A stretch of 58,501 nucleotides of DNA from Acidothermaceae bacterium. GTDB taxonomy: Bacteria > Actinomycetota > Actinomycetes > Acidothermales > Acidothermaceae. A program made the translations under genes and the position numbers. Shown piece after piece: positions 18,551 to 30,783 of the stretch; the first letter of the stretch is position 1; every line of letters starts with the position of its first letter. The stretch spans positions 1 to 58,501 of the forward strand of contig JAICYF010000001.1 of the NCBI GenBank assembly GCA_025934355.1. The letters are read 5' to 3'. The notes beneath the pieces are model-generated. The model did no database searches. It saw only the letters and a list, made by a program, of their open reading frames with translations, and was not told the DNA's origin.

Positions 18551-18979
18551 GGCCCCCGCTCCGGCGCGTCATAACCGAGCGAACATGCGCGCGCACGGAA
18601 GGTTAGCGCAGGGAATCGGGTGATAAAAGAGCACCGGGTGCCACAGCATCAAGAACCGGCTAGCGAGGCGTCAGTGACGGGTGCCTTTGCGGCGACAATG
18701 TGCTTCGCTGCCGCACTCGCCATGCTCGGATGCACAGAGACACCCCACTTCCGTCACGAGGGCGACGAAATGACGGTCAAAGTAGAGGTTCGTCACGCTC
18801 TCGGATGCGGCACCCTCTTCTAGGCCGGGAAGCACGCGCGACGCGGGAACTGGACGATGGATTAGACGACGGGTCCTTCGGCAAGGTCACCCGGCGCAAG
18901 AGCGCGCGGGCGACGACCTGCGCGGGCCAGATATCAAGCAGCGCGGCCGCGCCTGATTCGGTCTAAAGGCAGCGCCGAT

Positions 18980-19627
18980 CTGTGCTCGACCCTGCTCAGT
19001 CTGGCCGCGGCGACGATCAAGGGTGGGGCGGCCGAGCGGCGTGCGGCCTTGGCGCAACGCACGGGCGGCCCTCACCGCTTCGCGAGGTGAGGGATCGGGA
19101 TGAAGCTCGGCGCTGAGCAGGCCAGGCTGGTCATCTCCGACGAAGTGCAACGGCAGTTGAGAAGCACCGACGGACGGACACGCGCGATTGCGAACGCCCA
19201 GCCAAGTGGGGCGTCCACGGGGAGCGCGGTTCCTGGAATGGCTGTGGGACGACGTGCATCGCCGGATCGGAGGTCGAGGACGATGAAGCTGCGGGAAAGA
19301 ATCCTGAGCGCCTACTCTTCCGGCGCGCCCAAAGGCGGTCACTACTGGCGATCAAACTGTCGCCCCGACATGTAGCCACCCGCCGCACAAGCCGCAGGTT
19401 TCCCGACCGATATCGACGCGAAGAGGGCCGTGAAAGTCCGGTGGGGCGTTCGCAGCGCTCGACACCATTACGCGACCTGGCTCCTCGACACGTGCGGCAT
19501 GATGCTTGCCGTGGTGCGCAGAGTGATGGGCGCGAGTTTCAGGGTGAACTCGGAAAACGCGGTCCATTGGATGTCGCGGCAACACTTGGATCACTGTTCG
19601 CCCAACCAGATTGGCGTGTGCGGCTGA
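18980..19627 (+). pseudogene. Decayed tyrosine integrase (frameshifted C-terminal half)
   Basis: The 19430..19627 frame reads ARHHYATWLLDTCGMMLAVVRRVMGASFRVNSENAVHW. This resembles the RHxYATWL...VMGH...Y catalytic region of actinobacterial integrases, but with Ala and His at the expected His and Tyr positions. Box-I-like LLSLAAATIKGGAAE (about 18980..19036) and PSGASTGSAVPG (about 19196..19237) lie in other frames. Confidence 0.45.
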
Positions 19628-19885
19628 CATTTAGTGTCGTTCGACGATTTGCGCGTCGCCCCGGGCGTCAGCGCGCGAATCGGCAACGCGGACCCGCAGT
19701 GAATGTGGCCCTGCAGCGGCGACCGAGATGAGTAAACGACAAGCGCATGCCGGGCGATCCGAGACTTTGGCAGCCGGCAGGATTAATTTTGGTCCGTACG
19801 CGGGACGGAAGGGGCGAAATGCGGGGGCGCCGAGCGGGACCTTGACGACTACTTCCAGGGTCGCCTCAGGTCCGCGCTCGCCGAG

Positions 19886-21013
19886 TTGTCGGCGTTGAAC
19901 CCGGACCTGTTGCTGACCGAGAACCAGGACGTCCTAGTTGCCGCACTCATCGAGAAGCATCTCCCACAACCAGTCACTGTCAGCTGGGACGAAGTGACCC
20001 GCAGTCAGGTCATCGAGGTGTCCCTTCAGGTTCAGGATCCGTTCGAACGCGGTGCGAACTACACCGTCGCGGGGAGCAAGGTCATTCTGACCTTCCCCCT
20101 GACTGGGACGTCCGACATGCTCGCCTACCGAGCATCGACGTACAGCTACAGCTCGATGCGCGGGGAGGTCTCGGGCAATGCCATCGTCTTGGAAGTGGCC
20201 GATCGAACCCTCACGGCGGAGGTCGTTCAAAGTCGGATTGACCAACTACGGCAAGACATCGACAAACGGGCTGGGTGGGCGAATGAAGACCTTCGAAGGT
20301 TCACGGAGGTCGCGAAGGAGGAGCTTAAAAGCCTTTACCTCAGCCGAAAAGAGCGCATCCTCCACGATCGAGAGGTTGAGGAAGCACTCGGAATACCGGT
20401 CCGGTCATCCGACGCGCGACGACAGCCTGTGCCAGCCTGTCGAAAGCAGGTCGCACTTGAAACTCGCCGCGCGCAAGCAGAGTTCGTGCCTGAGCCCGAA
20501 CTCGCCGAAGCCATCTACCGCGAGGTGCTCGATGTCGTCCAGTCTTGGGCGCGGAGTCTCGAGCGGACACCGAAGACCAGTAACAAGTTGGACGAAGAGG
20601 AGCTGCGTGACCTCCTGCTAGGCACTTTGAACGGCTATTGGAGCGGAGCCGCCGGTGGCGAGCTCTTCAACGGCAGCGGCAAGACAGACATACTTATCCG
20701 GTTCAACAACCGCAACGTCTTCATTGCCGAGTGCAAGATCTGGCGCGGGCGAAAAACGGCGTCGGAGGCCATCGGCCAGCTCCTGAGCTACCTTGTATGG
20801 CGCGACACCAAGGCGGCCATCGTGATGTTCATCAAGACCGCTGATCCAGCAGTCACGATGGAGAGGCTGCATGCTGCTGTTGAGTCGCATCCGCAGTACG
20901 TGCTAACGAAGGACTCCACGGAACCGCAGAAGCAGGTGGACTACGTCTTCACGGCCGACACCGAAGGCCGCCGAATCTCATTGGCGATAATCCCGGTCAT
21001 CGTGCGCCCTTGA
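19886..21013 (+). CDS. PD-(D/E)xK nuclease-like protein with QxxxY motif and unrecognised N-terminal region
   Basis: The C-terminal signature is E259 (GGELF), D268 (GKTDILIRF), E282-C-K284 (FIAECKIW) and Q298-LLS-Y302. The start is uncertain: TTG 19886 has no SD, and the frame is open from 19787 with no earlier canonical start. Confidence 0.65.
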   Translation: MSALNPDLLLTENQDVLVAALIEKHLPQPVTVSWDEVTRSQVIEVSLQVQDPFERGANYTVAGSKVILTFPLTGTSDMLAYRASTYSYSSMRGEVSGNAIVLEVADRTLTAEVVQSRIDQLRQDIDKRAGWANEDLRRFTEVAKEELKSLYLSRKERILHDREVEEALGIPVRSSDARRQPVPACRKQVALETRRAQAEFVPEPELAEAIYREVLDVVQSWARSLERTPKTSNKLDEEELRDLLLGTLNGYWSGAAGGELFNGSGKTDILIRFNNRNVFIAECKIWRGRKTASEAIGQLLSYLVWRDTKAAIVMFIKTADPAVTMERLHAAVESHPQYVLTKDSTEPQKQVDYVFTADTEGRRISLAIIPVIVRP

Positions 21014-21163
21014 ACTGCGGAGATTCATCGCGTGGCGCCAGTGATCCGTGGCAGTATCGGTGCCGGTCCGGCGAGCCTCCCTCGTGACCCTGGCCCGAGC
21101 CACGGTGCAGCGGGGGGCAGGCGTCGGGAGGTCACCCGGACGTCTCACGGAGGGACGGCTGTC

Positions 21164-21712
21164 GTGACCAAGCCGGAAGCGAGCGAGCCACGCTACCTGG
21201 ACCGCTGGGCGGTCGCGGTCTGCTGGCTCATTGGTGTCGGCGGTCTCGGGGCGGGCGGCGTAGCCGTCTTTAAGACGACGAACGGTCTGGGTAGCGCGGT
21301 GCTGATCGTGGTTGGGCTGATCGTGCTCGTAATCGCATTGGCTCGTCGCGTTCCCACCAGCCTGAGAGCTGGGGATTACTCGGCCGATTGGGGCAGCGCC
21401 GCGCTCGGCGCCGCTGTTGGGGCAAAACTCGTGGCGGAAAATGTCAACGCGGCTGCAGAGACGGCGACTGACACAAGGGAGTTGGCGAACGCGGCCAATG
21501 CCACCGCCAGCGAACTGCAAGAGGCAGCTAAGTTGCCTCCGAGTTGGCTCGTGCAGGCGGCACGTCATCGCACGATGCAGCGATGGGCGGCGGCAGACTT
21601 CGACGCGCTTTTCCGTTCCGCTTTGGTTGCCGCGCAGCAAACGCCGACGCCGCCGCCGCGACCTGGCAACCGCGACGTGGCGACGGAGGACCACGCCGAA
21701 TCCGATGGCTAA
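21164..21712 (+). CDS. Hypothetical 2-TM membrane protein with Ala-rich helical tail
   Basis: GTG at 21164 lies 8 nt after GGAGGGA. TM helices are WAVAVCWLIGVGGLGAGGVAVF and GSAVLIVVGLIVLVIALA. The track start at 21032 lacks an SD. Confidence 0.6.
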   Translation: MTKPEASEPRYLDRWAVAVCWLIGVGGLGAGGVAVFKTTNGLGSAVLIVVGLIVLVIALARRVPTSLRAGDYSADWGSAALGAAVGAKLVAENVNAAAETATDTRELANAANATASELQEAAKLPPSWLVQAARHRTMQRWAAADFDALFRSALVAAQQTPTPPPRPGNRDVATEDHAESDG

Positions 21713-22095
21713 GCGTCCGCAGAACGGTCCTTCGTAACGGTCCGAGCAACACGCCGATCCTTCGCGCGCCCGCACGCTCTCGCGATTGCGTTCCCATTGG
21801 AGTGGGTCGAACTGAGACCGCGCTTTGTGGTAGTGCCCGGCAGCCAGCTGCTCGGAGCTTTCACACGGGCACACGCCTCCCGCACGAGGGATGGAGGCTG
21901 CGGCCCTTCGGCTGCCGTCGCTAGTCCGCCGGCGCGCCTCATCGCGCGAGGGTGGCGGCTGATAATGACAAGGCGACGACTCCCGAGATTGCGCCATGAC
22001 CCACCGTCGCGCAATCGTCGCCGAACGGTTTCTGGCTGGTTTCTGGGCAACCAGCCCCAGAAGAGCCGCTATTCGCGTGAACTCTGGGGATTTCT

Positions 22096-22139
22096 CCCGC
22101 CTTGCAAAGGCGGTGCTCTGCCAATTGAGCTACGTCCCC
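22096..22139 (-). pseudogene. tRNA-Ala 5' fragment (nt 1-44) left at the ancestral position
   Basis: It is identical to 11735..11778 and lacks the variable loop, T arm and acceptor 3' strand. It sits immediately downstream of the DLW-39 gene and tRNA-Ile. Confidence 0.9.
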
Positions 22140-22153
22140 GAAGGGATAACCAG

Positions 22154-22291
22154 TTAGCTGACCGAGTTGCCGACGGGCTCGGCGCTGGTGGCCTCGATCC
22201 ACAGGTCCTCTTCGGCCTGCGCCGCCTGCCAGCGACGGTAGGCGACCAACCCGCCGAATGCCGCGAGTGCGAGCAAGATGAGCTTCTTCAC
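22154..22291 (-). CDS. DLW-39 family small membrane protein (45 aa; not in ORF track)
   Basis: GTG 22291 opens VKKLILLALAAFGGLVAYRRWQAAQAEEDLWIEATSAEPVGNSVS, ending at TAA. It has one TM helix and the DLW motif. The position between tRNA-Ile and tRNA-Ala is typical for this family. Confidence 0.7.
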   Translation of the reverse strand: MKKLILLALAAFGGLVAYRRWQAAQAEEDLWIEATSAEPVGNSVS

Positions 22292-22328
22292 GGATCTTCA
22301 CCTACCTCGACCAGGTCGACGTCGTGGG

Positions 22329-22402
22329 TGGGCCTGGGAGGACTTGAACCTCCGGCCTCATCCTTATCAGGGATGCGCTCTAACCGACTGAGCTACAGGC
22401 CC
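22329..22402 (-). tRNA. tRNA-Ile (anticodon GAT), CCA not encoded
   Basis: Acceptor is GGGCCTG/CAGGCCC, the anticodon loop is CTGATAA, and the T arm is GGAGG-TTCAAGT-CCTCC. The discriminator A is followed by CCC. Confidence 0.95.
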
Positions 22403-22487
22403 AAGCGTGCCTAGCGAGGGTACCTGATGGCCGGACGCCGACCCAATTCGGAGGCAGCTCACCCGGCCGCGGCGACCGCCGGCCTGC

Positions 22488-23009
22488 TCACGGGTCGCTG
22501 AGGGTCACCTCGATGCCGCCGACCAGGTCGGAGATCAGGTTGTAGATCGCGGCCGCCAGCGTCGCGAGCGCCGTCATCAGCACCACGTTGATGGCACCCA
22601 CGATCGCGACGATGCCGATGATCCGACTGCCGGTGAGCGGGTTGCGTAATGACTCGCTCGCGGTGGTGGGCGCGACCGAGTTCACCAGGTTGTTGATCTG
22701 GTCCCAGACGCCCATCTGCCCGAGCACCGCGTAGATGATCGCGGTCGCGATCACCAGGACGACGAGAATCACCAGCGTCACGACGAAGGTGACCTTCATG
22801 ACGGTCCACGGGTCGACGTGCTTTACCACGAGCCGGGCACGCCGGGGGCCGCGGCGGGCGACCGACACTCGGACGGGCGCGCGGCCGTCGTCCACCGCCG
22901 TACCGGTGCCGAGCGAGCCCGCTGCGGCGGGTGCCGACGCCTCGGTCACGGCGCGCGGGTCGGCCGTGGTTGCCGGACGGCGATGGCCTGGCCGGGTGGG
23001 ATCGCTCAC
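22488..23009 (-). CDS. DUF3566 transmembrane protein (Rv0007-like)
   Basis: The core [39 protein letters not shown] is typical of DUF3566. There is a GTGA overlap with the gyrA stop. Confidence 0.85.
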   Translation of the reverse strand: MSDPTRPGHRRPATTADPRAVTEASAPAAAGSLGTGTAVDDGRAPVRVSVARRGPRRARLVVKHVDPWTVMKVTFVVTLVILVVLVIATAIIYAVLGQMGVWDQINNLVNSVAPTTASESLRNPLTGSRIIGIVAIVGAINVVLMTALATLAAAIYNLISDLVGGIEVTLSDP

Positions 23010-25690
23010 GAGTCTCCCTGTTCCGGATCGGCGGCAGAATCGGTGGCCGGGTCGGCGGGCGAGTCGCCCTGCGTTTCCGTGACACTACCGCCGTCACGCT
23101 GGTCCGTGTCAGCGATCTCATTGTCGCCGCTCGTCGCCGCGGTTGCCGGACGCCCCGCCGCTCCGCCCGACAGGTCAGCGTCGATCAAGCCCTCCACCTC
23201 GGCGTCGTCGATGTCGTCGACGCCTGCCGCCGACTCGGCGTTCCGGGTGACGCCCACGACGGCGTCGCCGTCGCCGAGGTTGATCAACCGCACACCCATC
23301 GTGGCGCGCGAGGTTGGCCGCACCTCGTCGGCGCGGGTGCGGATCACGCCACCGCTCGAGGTGATCGCGAATACCTCGTCGCTCGCGTCGACCATCAGCG
23401 CGCCCACCAGGCCGCCACGGTCGTCGGTGAGCTTCGCGGTCAACACGCCCTGCCCACCCCGGCCTTGAACCGGGTACTCGTCGATCGGTGTGCGCTTCGC
23501 GAACCCGCCGTCAGTGGCCGTGAAGACAAACGCGTCGGGGCGGGCGACCATCATGGCGAGCAACTCGTCGCCGTTCTTGAAGCGCATGCCAATCACACCG
23601 GACGTCGCGCGGCCCATGGGCCGCAACGCGTCGTCGTCCGCCCTAAAGCGAATCGACTGACCCTTGCGGCTGACCAACAACAGGTCGTCGTCCGCGGAAA
23701 CAAGGCGGGCCGCGATGACGGCGTCGTCGTCGCGCAGGTTGATGGCGATGACGCCGCCGGTGCGGTTGGAGTCGAAGTCTTGCAATGCGGTCTTTTTCAC
23801 CAGACCGTCACGGGTGGCGAGCACCAGGTAAGGCGCGACCTGGTAGTCCTTCAGCGCGAGCACCTGGGCGATGTTCTCGTCGGGCTGGAACGCCAACAGG
23901 TTCGCCACGTGCTGGCCGCGAGCGCTGCGTGCGGCCTCGGGCAACTCGTACGCCTTCGCGCGATACACCCGACCCTTGTCGGTGAAGAACAGCAGCCAAT
24001 GGTGAGTCGTCGTCACAAAGAAGTGCTCGACGACGTCGTCCTGGCGAAGCTGCGCACCGATGATGCCCTTGCCGCCGCGTCGTTGCGCGCGATACAGATC
24101 GGTCTTCGTGCGCTTGGCATAGCCGCCGTTCGTGATGGTGACGACGACCGGCTCTTCGGCGATGAGGTCTTCCATGCTGACCTCGCCGTCGAACGGCACG
24201 ATAACGCTGCGCCGCTCGTCGCCGTGCTTCTCAACAATCTCGGCCAACTCTTCGCTGACGATGCTGCGCTGCCGCGGCTCACTGTTGAGGATGTCGTTGT
24301 AGTCGGCGATTTGCGTCTCGAGTTTGGCCAGCTCGTCGACAATCTTCTGCCGTTCCAATGCTGCAAGCCGACGCAACTGCATGTCGAGGATGGCGGTGGC
24401 CTGCACCTCGTCGACGTCGAGCAACTCCATCAAGCCACTGCGCGCGACGTCGACCGACTCGGAGTTTCGAATCAACGCGATGACCGCGTCGAGTTGATCG
24501 AGCGCCTTCACGTAGCCGCGGTAGATATGGGCGGTGCGCTCGGCCTCGGCGAGCAGATAACGAGTGCGCCGGACAACAACCTCGAGCTGGTGGTTTACCC
24601 AATGCCGGATGAAACCGTCGAGCGACAGCGTGCGCGGCACGTTGTCGACGAGCGCGACCATGTTGCAACCGAAGGTGTCTTGCAGCTGCGTCTGCTTGTA
24701 CAGGTTGGCGATGACGACCTTCGCAACCGCGTCGCGCTTGAGCACGATGACAAGCCGCTGCCCGGTGCGCGATGACGAGTCGTCGCGAATGTCGGCGATG
24801 CCGCCGAGCTTTCCCTCGTTAACCAGCTCGGCGATGCGCAGCGCGAGGTTGTCGGGGTTGACCTGGTACGGCAGTTGCGTGATGACAAGCAGTTGCCGGC
24901 CGCGGTTGTCTTCTTCGACGTCGATGACCGCGCGCATCGTGACGGACCCGCGACCGGTGCGGTAAGCCTCTTCGATGCCGCGGCGGCCGACGATATACGC
25001 GCCGGTGGGGAAATCCGGGCCCTTGACGCGCTCCATCAGCGCTTCAAGCAACTCCTCGCGGCTGGCTTCGGGGTGCGCCAGCGCCCACTGCGCGCCCTCG
25101 GCTACCTCGCGCAAGTTGTGCGGCGGGATGTTGGTGGCCATGCCGACCGCGATGCCAGCCGATCCGTTGACCAACAGGTTCGGGAAACGGCTGGGAAGAA
25201 TAACCGGTTCGTTGGTCTTGCCGTCGTAGTTCGGCGTGAAATCGACGGTGTCTTTGTCGATGTCGCGCACCATCTCCATGGCCAACTGCGCCATGCGGCA
25301 CTCGGTGTAACGCATCGCCGCCGGGGGGTCGTTGCCGGGCGAGCCGAAGTTGCCTTGACTGTCGATGAGCGGATAGCGAAGCGACCACGGTTGGGCCAAC
25401 CGGACGAGCGCGTCGTAAATCGCGCTGTCACCGTGGGGGTGGTACTGACCCATGACGTCGCCGACGATGCGCGCGCACTTGTTGTACCCGCGGTCCGGCC
25501 GGTAGCCGCCGTCGTACATCGCGTACAACACCCGGCGGTGCACCGGCTTCAAACCATCACGGACGTCGGGCAGCGCGCGGCCGACGATAACGCTCATCGC
25601 GTAGTCGAGGTAGCTGCGCTGCATCTCGCCTTGCAGGTCGACCGGCTCGATGCGGCCGCCCTCAGGCGGGAGCGTGGTGTCTTGGCTCAC
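23006..25690 (-). CDS. gyrA: DNA gyrase subunit A
   Basis: Motifs are GQYHPHGD and the AAMRYTE active-site Tyr context. Six C-terminal beta-pinwheel repeats are followed by an acidic tail of about 70 aa. Confidence 0.97.
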   Translation of the reverse strand: MSQDTTLPPEGGRIEPVDLQGEMQRSYLDYAMSVIVGRALPDVRDGLKPVHRRVLYAMYDGGYRPDRGYNKCARIVGDVMGQYHPHGDSAIYDALVRLAQPWSLRYPLIDSQGNFGSPGNDPPAAMRYTECRMAQLAMEMVRDIDKDTVDFTPNYDGKTNEPVILPSRFPNLLVNGSAGIAVGMATNIPPHNLREVAEGAQWALAHPEASREELLEALMERVKGPDFPTGAYIVGRRGIEEAYRTGRGSVTMRAVIDVEEDNRGRQLLVITQLPYQVNPDNLALRIAELVNEGKLGGIADIRDDSSSRTGQRLVIVLKRDAVAKVVIANLYKQTQLQDTFGCNMVALVDNVPRTLSLDGFIRHWVNHQLEVVVRRTRYLLAEAERTAHIYRGYVKALDQLDAVIALIRNSESVDVARSGLMELLDVDEVQATAILDMQLRRLAALERQKIVDELAKLETQIADYNDILNSEPRQRSIVSEELAEIVEKHGDERRSVIVPFDGEVSMEDLIAEEPVVVTITNGGYAKRTKTDLYRAQRRGGKGIIGAQLRQDDVVEHFFVTTTHHWLLFFTDKGRVYRAKAYELPEAARSARGQHVANLLAFQPDENIAQVLALKDYQVAPYLVLATRDGLVKKTALQDFDSNRTGGVIAINLRDDDAVIAARLVSADDDLLLVSRKGQSIRFRADDDALRPMGRATSGVIGMRFKNGDELLAMMVARPDAFVFTATDGGFAKRTPIDEYPVQGRGGQGVLTAKLTDDRGGLVGALMVDASDEVFAITSSGGVIRTRADEVRPTSRATMGVRLINLGDGDAVVGVTRNAESAAGVDDIDDAEVEGLIDADLSGGAAGRPATAATSGDNEIADTDQRDGGSVTETQGDSPADPATDSAADPEQGDS

Positions 25691-25753
25691 AACGACTTCC
25701 TCACTCGGATTTCCCTGTTAGACAAGCGAATTCGCTCACTTGCGACTGGCCGA

Positions 25754-28646
<2,893 letters not shown>

Positions 28647-29761
28647 CGGCGAGCTCTTCCGGGACGTCGGCGGCGACCGCCGCGGTGATCAACACCTGCT
28701 CAGCCGGTGCGACGAGTGAGGCGAGCCGCTCCCGCCGGTCGGCGTCGAGCTCGGCGAACACGTCGTCCAAGATCAGCACGGGCTCGCCGCCGTCGGCACA
28801 CAGTAGGTCGTACGACGCGAGCCGCAACGCCAACGCCAGCGACCACGACTCGCCGTGGCTGGCGTAGCCGCGCGCGGGCAAGCCGTTGACACCGAGCGCG
28901 AGCTCGTCGCGATGCGGTCCGACCAGTGTGATGCCGCGTTCGAGTTCGTCCGACCGCGCGCCGGCCAGCGCCGCTTGCAGCGCGGCGGCAAGGACGTCGC
29001 GATCGGGTTCGAGCGCGACCTCGGGACCGAGCGAGCTGACGTACTCGAGGGTGGTCGACGCCGAACCCCGTGCGACCGCCGCGTAAGCCTTCTCAGTCAG
29101 GGGCCGCAACGATTCGACCAACTCGATGCGGGCTGCTAGCAGCTCGGCGCCGGCGCGAGACAGATGTGCGTCCCAGACGTCGAGAGTGCGCAAATCAGGG
29201 CCGCCGGAACGTCGCGCTAGCGCCGCCGTTTTCAACAACGCGTTGCGTTGCTTCAGCACGCGGTCGTAGTCGGCGCGCACGGCGGCGAGCCGCGGCGCGC
29301 GCGCGACCAGCACCTCATCGAGAAAACGGCGACGCTCACTGGGATCGCCCTTCACCAACGCAAGGTCTTCAGGGGCGAACAGCACCGTGCGCAGGATGCC
29401 GAGCACCTCGCGCGGCCGCGGCACCTGGCTCTTGTTTATGCGCGCGCGGTTCGCCTTTCCAGGGTTTATCTCGATTTCGAGAAGCATCGAACGTGCGTCG
29501 CGGACGACGCGACCGCGGACCACCGCTTGACTCGCGCCCATCCGAACAAGCGCGGTGTCGTTCGCCACCCGATGGCTGTCGAGACTCGCGAGATAGTTCA
29601 CCGCCTCGACCAGATTGGTTTTCCCTTGCCCGTTAGGGCCGACGAGCGCGGTGACGCCGGGTTCGAGCGCGAGCTCGACCGCCTCGTAGGAACGAAAGTC
29701 GGTCAGCGAAAGATGCGCGATATGCACGGCGACAGCGGCGGACGACGTCGGACGGCGGCGG

Positions 29762-30724
29762 TCAGCCGCTGCGCTCGGTGGTTCCGGACGTCGCGCCCGC
29801 GCCCTCACCGGTCTGCGTTCCCGCGGCGGTCTCGGGGAGAATCGCGTGCCCGCCGAACTGGTTGCGCAGCGACGCGACCACTTTCATCGCAGGCGAGTCG
29901 TCCTGCCGCGACGCGAAGCGGGCGAACAACGACGCGGTGATGACGGGCATCGGGACGGCGTGGTCGATCGCGGCCTCGATGGTCCAGCGGCCCTCGCCGG
30001 AGTCTTCGGCCCAGCCGCGCACCTTGTCGAGTTTCGGATCGGCCGACAAGGCCGCGTCAAGCAAGTCGAGCAGCCAGGAGCGGATGACGGTTCCTTCGCG
30101 CCAGCTCTTGAAAATCGCCGGTACGTCAGTGGTGACCTCAGTGGCCGCAAGCAATTCATAACCCTCGGCGTAGGCCTGCATCATGCCGTACTCGATGCCG
30201 TTGTGAACCATCTTGGCGAAGTGGCCGGCGCCGACAGAACCCGCGTGCACATAGCCGAATTCGCCCGGCGGCTTCAACGCGTCGAACGCGGGCTGCACCA
30301 ACGCGACGTGCTCAGGATCGCCGCCCACCATCAGCGCGTAGCCGTTTTTCAGACCCCACACGCCGCCGGAGACACCGGCGTCGACGAAGCCGATCCCCTT
30401 CTCCGCCAGCTTGTCGGCGTGCACCTTGTCGTCGGTGTACTTGGAGTTGCCGCCGTCGACGACGACGTCACCCGCCTCGAGCAACTCGCCAAGCTGCTCG
30501 ACGGTCTGCCGAGTGGGCTCGCCCGCCGGCACCATCACCCAGATCTTGCGCGGGGCCCGCAGTTTGGCGACCAGGTCTTCAAGACTCGCGGCGTCGCTGA
30601 CGTCGGGATTGCGGTCATATCCGACGACCGTGAGGCCGGCGCCACGCATGCGCTCGCGCATGTTGCCGCCCATGCGGCCGAGGCCGATCAGCCCGATCTC
30701 GAAGGTGGAGTTGGTGTCAGTCAT
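29762..30724 (-). CDS. gnd: 6-phosphogluconate dehydrogenase, decarboxylating (short Gnd-like form)
   Basis: The Rossmann motif is [13 protein letters not shown], followed by GGNSKYTDD and [16 protein letters not shown]. The dnaN-gnd-recF order is seen in many actinomycetes. Confidence 0.85.
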   Translation of the reverse strand: MTDTNSTFEIGLIGLGRMGGNMRERMRGAGLTVVGYDRNPDVSDAASLEDLVAKLRAPRKIWVMVPAGEPTRQTVEQLGELLEAGDVVVDGGNSKYTDDKVHADKLAEKGIGFVDAGVSGGVWGLKNGYALMVGGDPEHVALVQPAFDALKPPGEFGYVHAGSVGAGHFAKMVHNGIEYGMMQAYAEGYELLAATEVTTDVPAIFKSWREGTVIRSWLLDLLDAALSADPKLDKVRGWAEDSGEGRWTIEAAIDHAVPMPVITASLFARFASRQDDSPAMKVVASLRNQFGGHAILPETAAGTQTGEGAGATSGTTERSG

Positions 30725-30783
30725 GCCCGCCCGCCGCTCTCGTCGTCCAAATGCTTGTGACCCGAACCTACGCCGAGAGTTGA

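Larger units (their letters stand above)
11735..22145. mobile_element. Degenerate tRNA-Ala-integrated genomic island (about 10.3 kb) with 50-bp direct repeats
   Basis: 11735..11784 is identical to 22096..22145 (tRNA-Ala nt 1-44 plus 6 nt of upstream flank). The interior is visibly more A/T-rich than the flanks. It contains an integrase relic and accessory genes, and it interrupts the conserved tRNA-Ile/DLW-39/tRNA-Ala order. Confidence 0.75.

Noticed and set aside
18620-18823. A 67-aa ORF divergent from the StrR-like gene, with a lipobox-like LAMLGC and a 29-aa Cys-containing mature peptide.
   Set aside because: The SD is weak, the lipobox is imperfect (Met at -3), and I cannot check conservation. 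It is mentioned under the island finding but not called as a gene.
20978-21997. Long antisense or out-of-frame ORFs. Examples: 20978..21997, 22931..24775, 24875..26083, 35207..36355, 10824..11645, 6853..7680, 9981..10964, 46206..47180, 49340..50425.
   Set aside because: They lie opposite or overlapping genes with clear motifs (gyrA, gyrB, yidC, trxB and others). They are Arg/Ala/Gly/Pro-rich, as expected for shadow frames in roughly 70% GC DNA, and they lack SD-supported starts.
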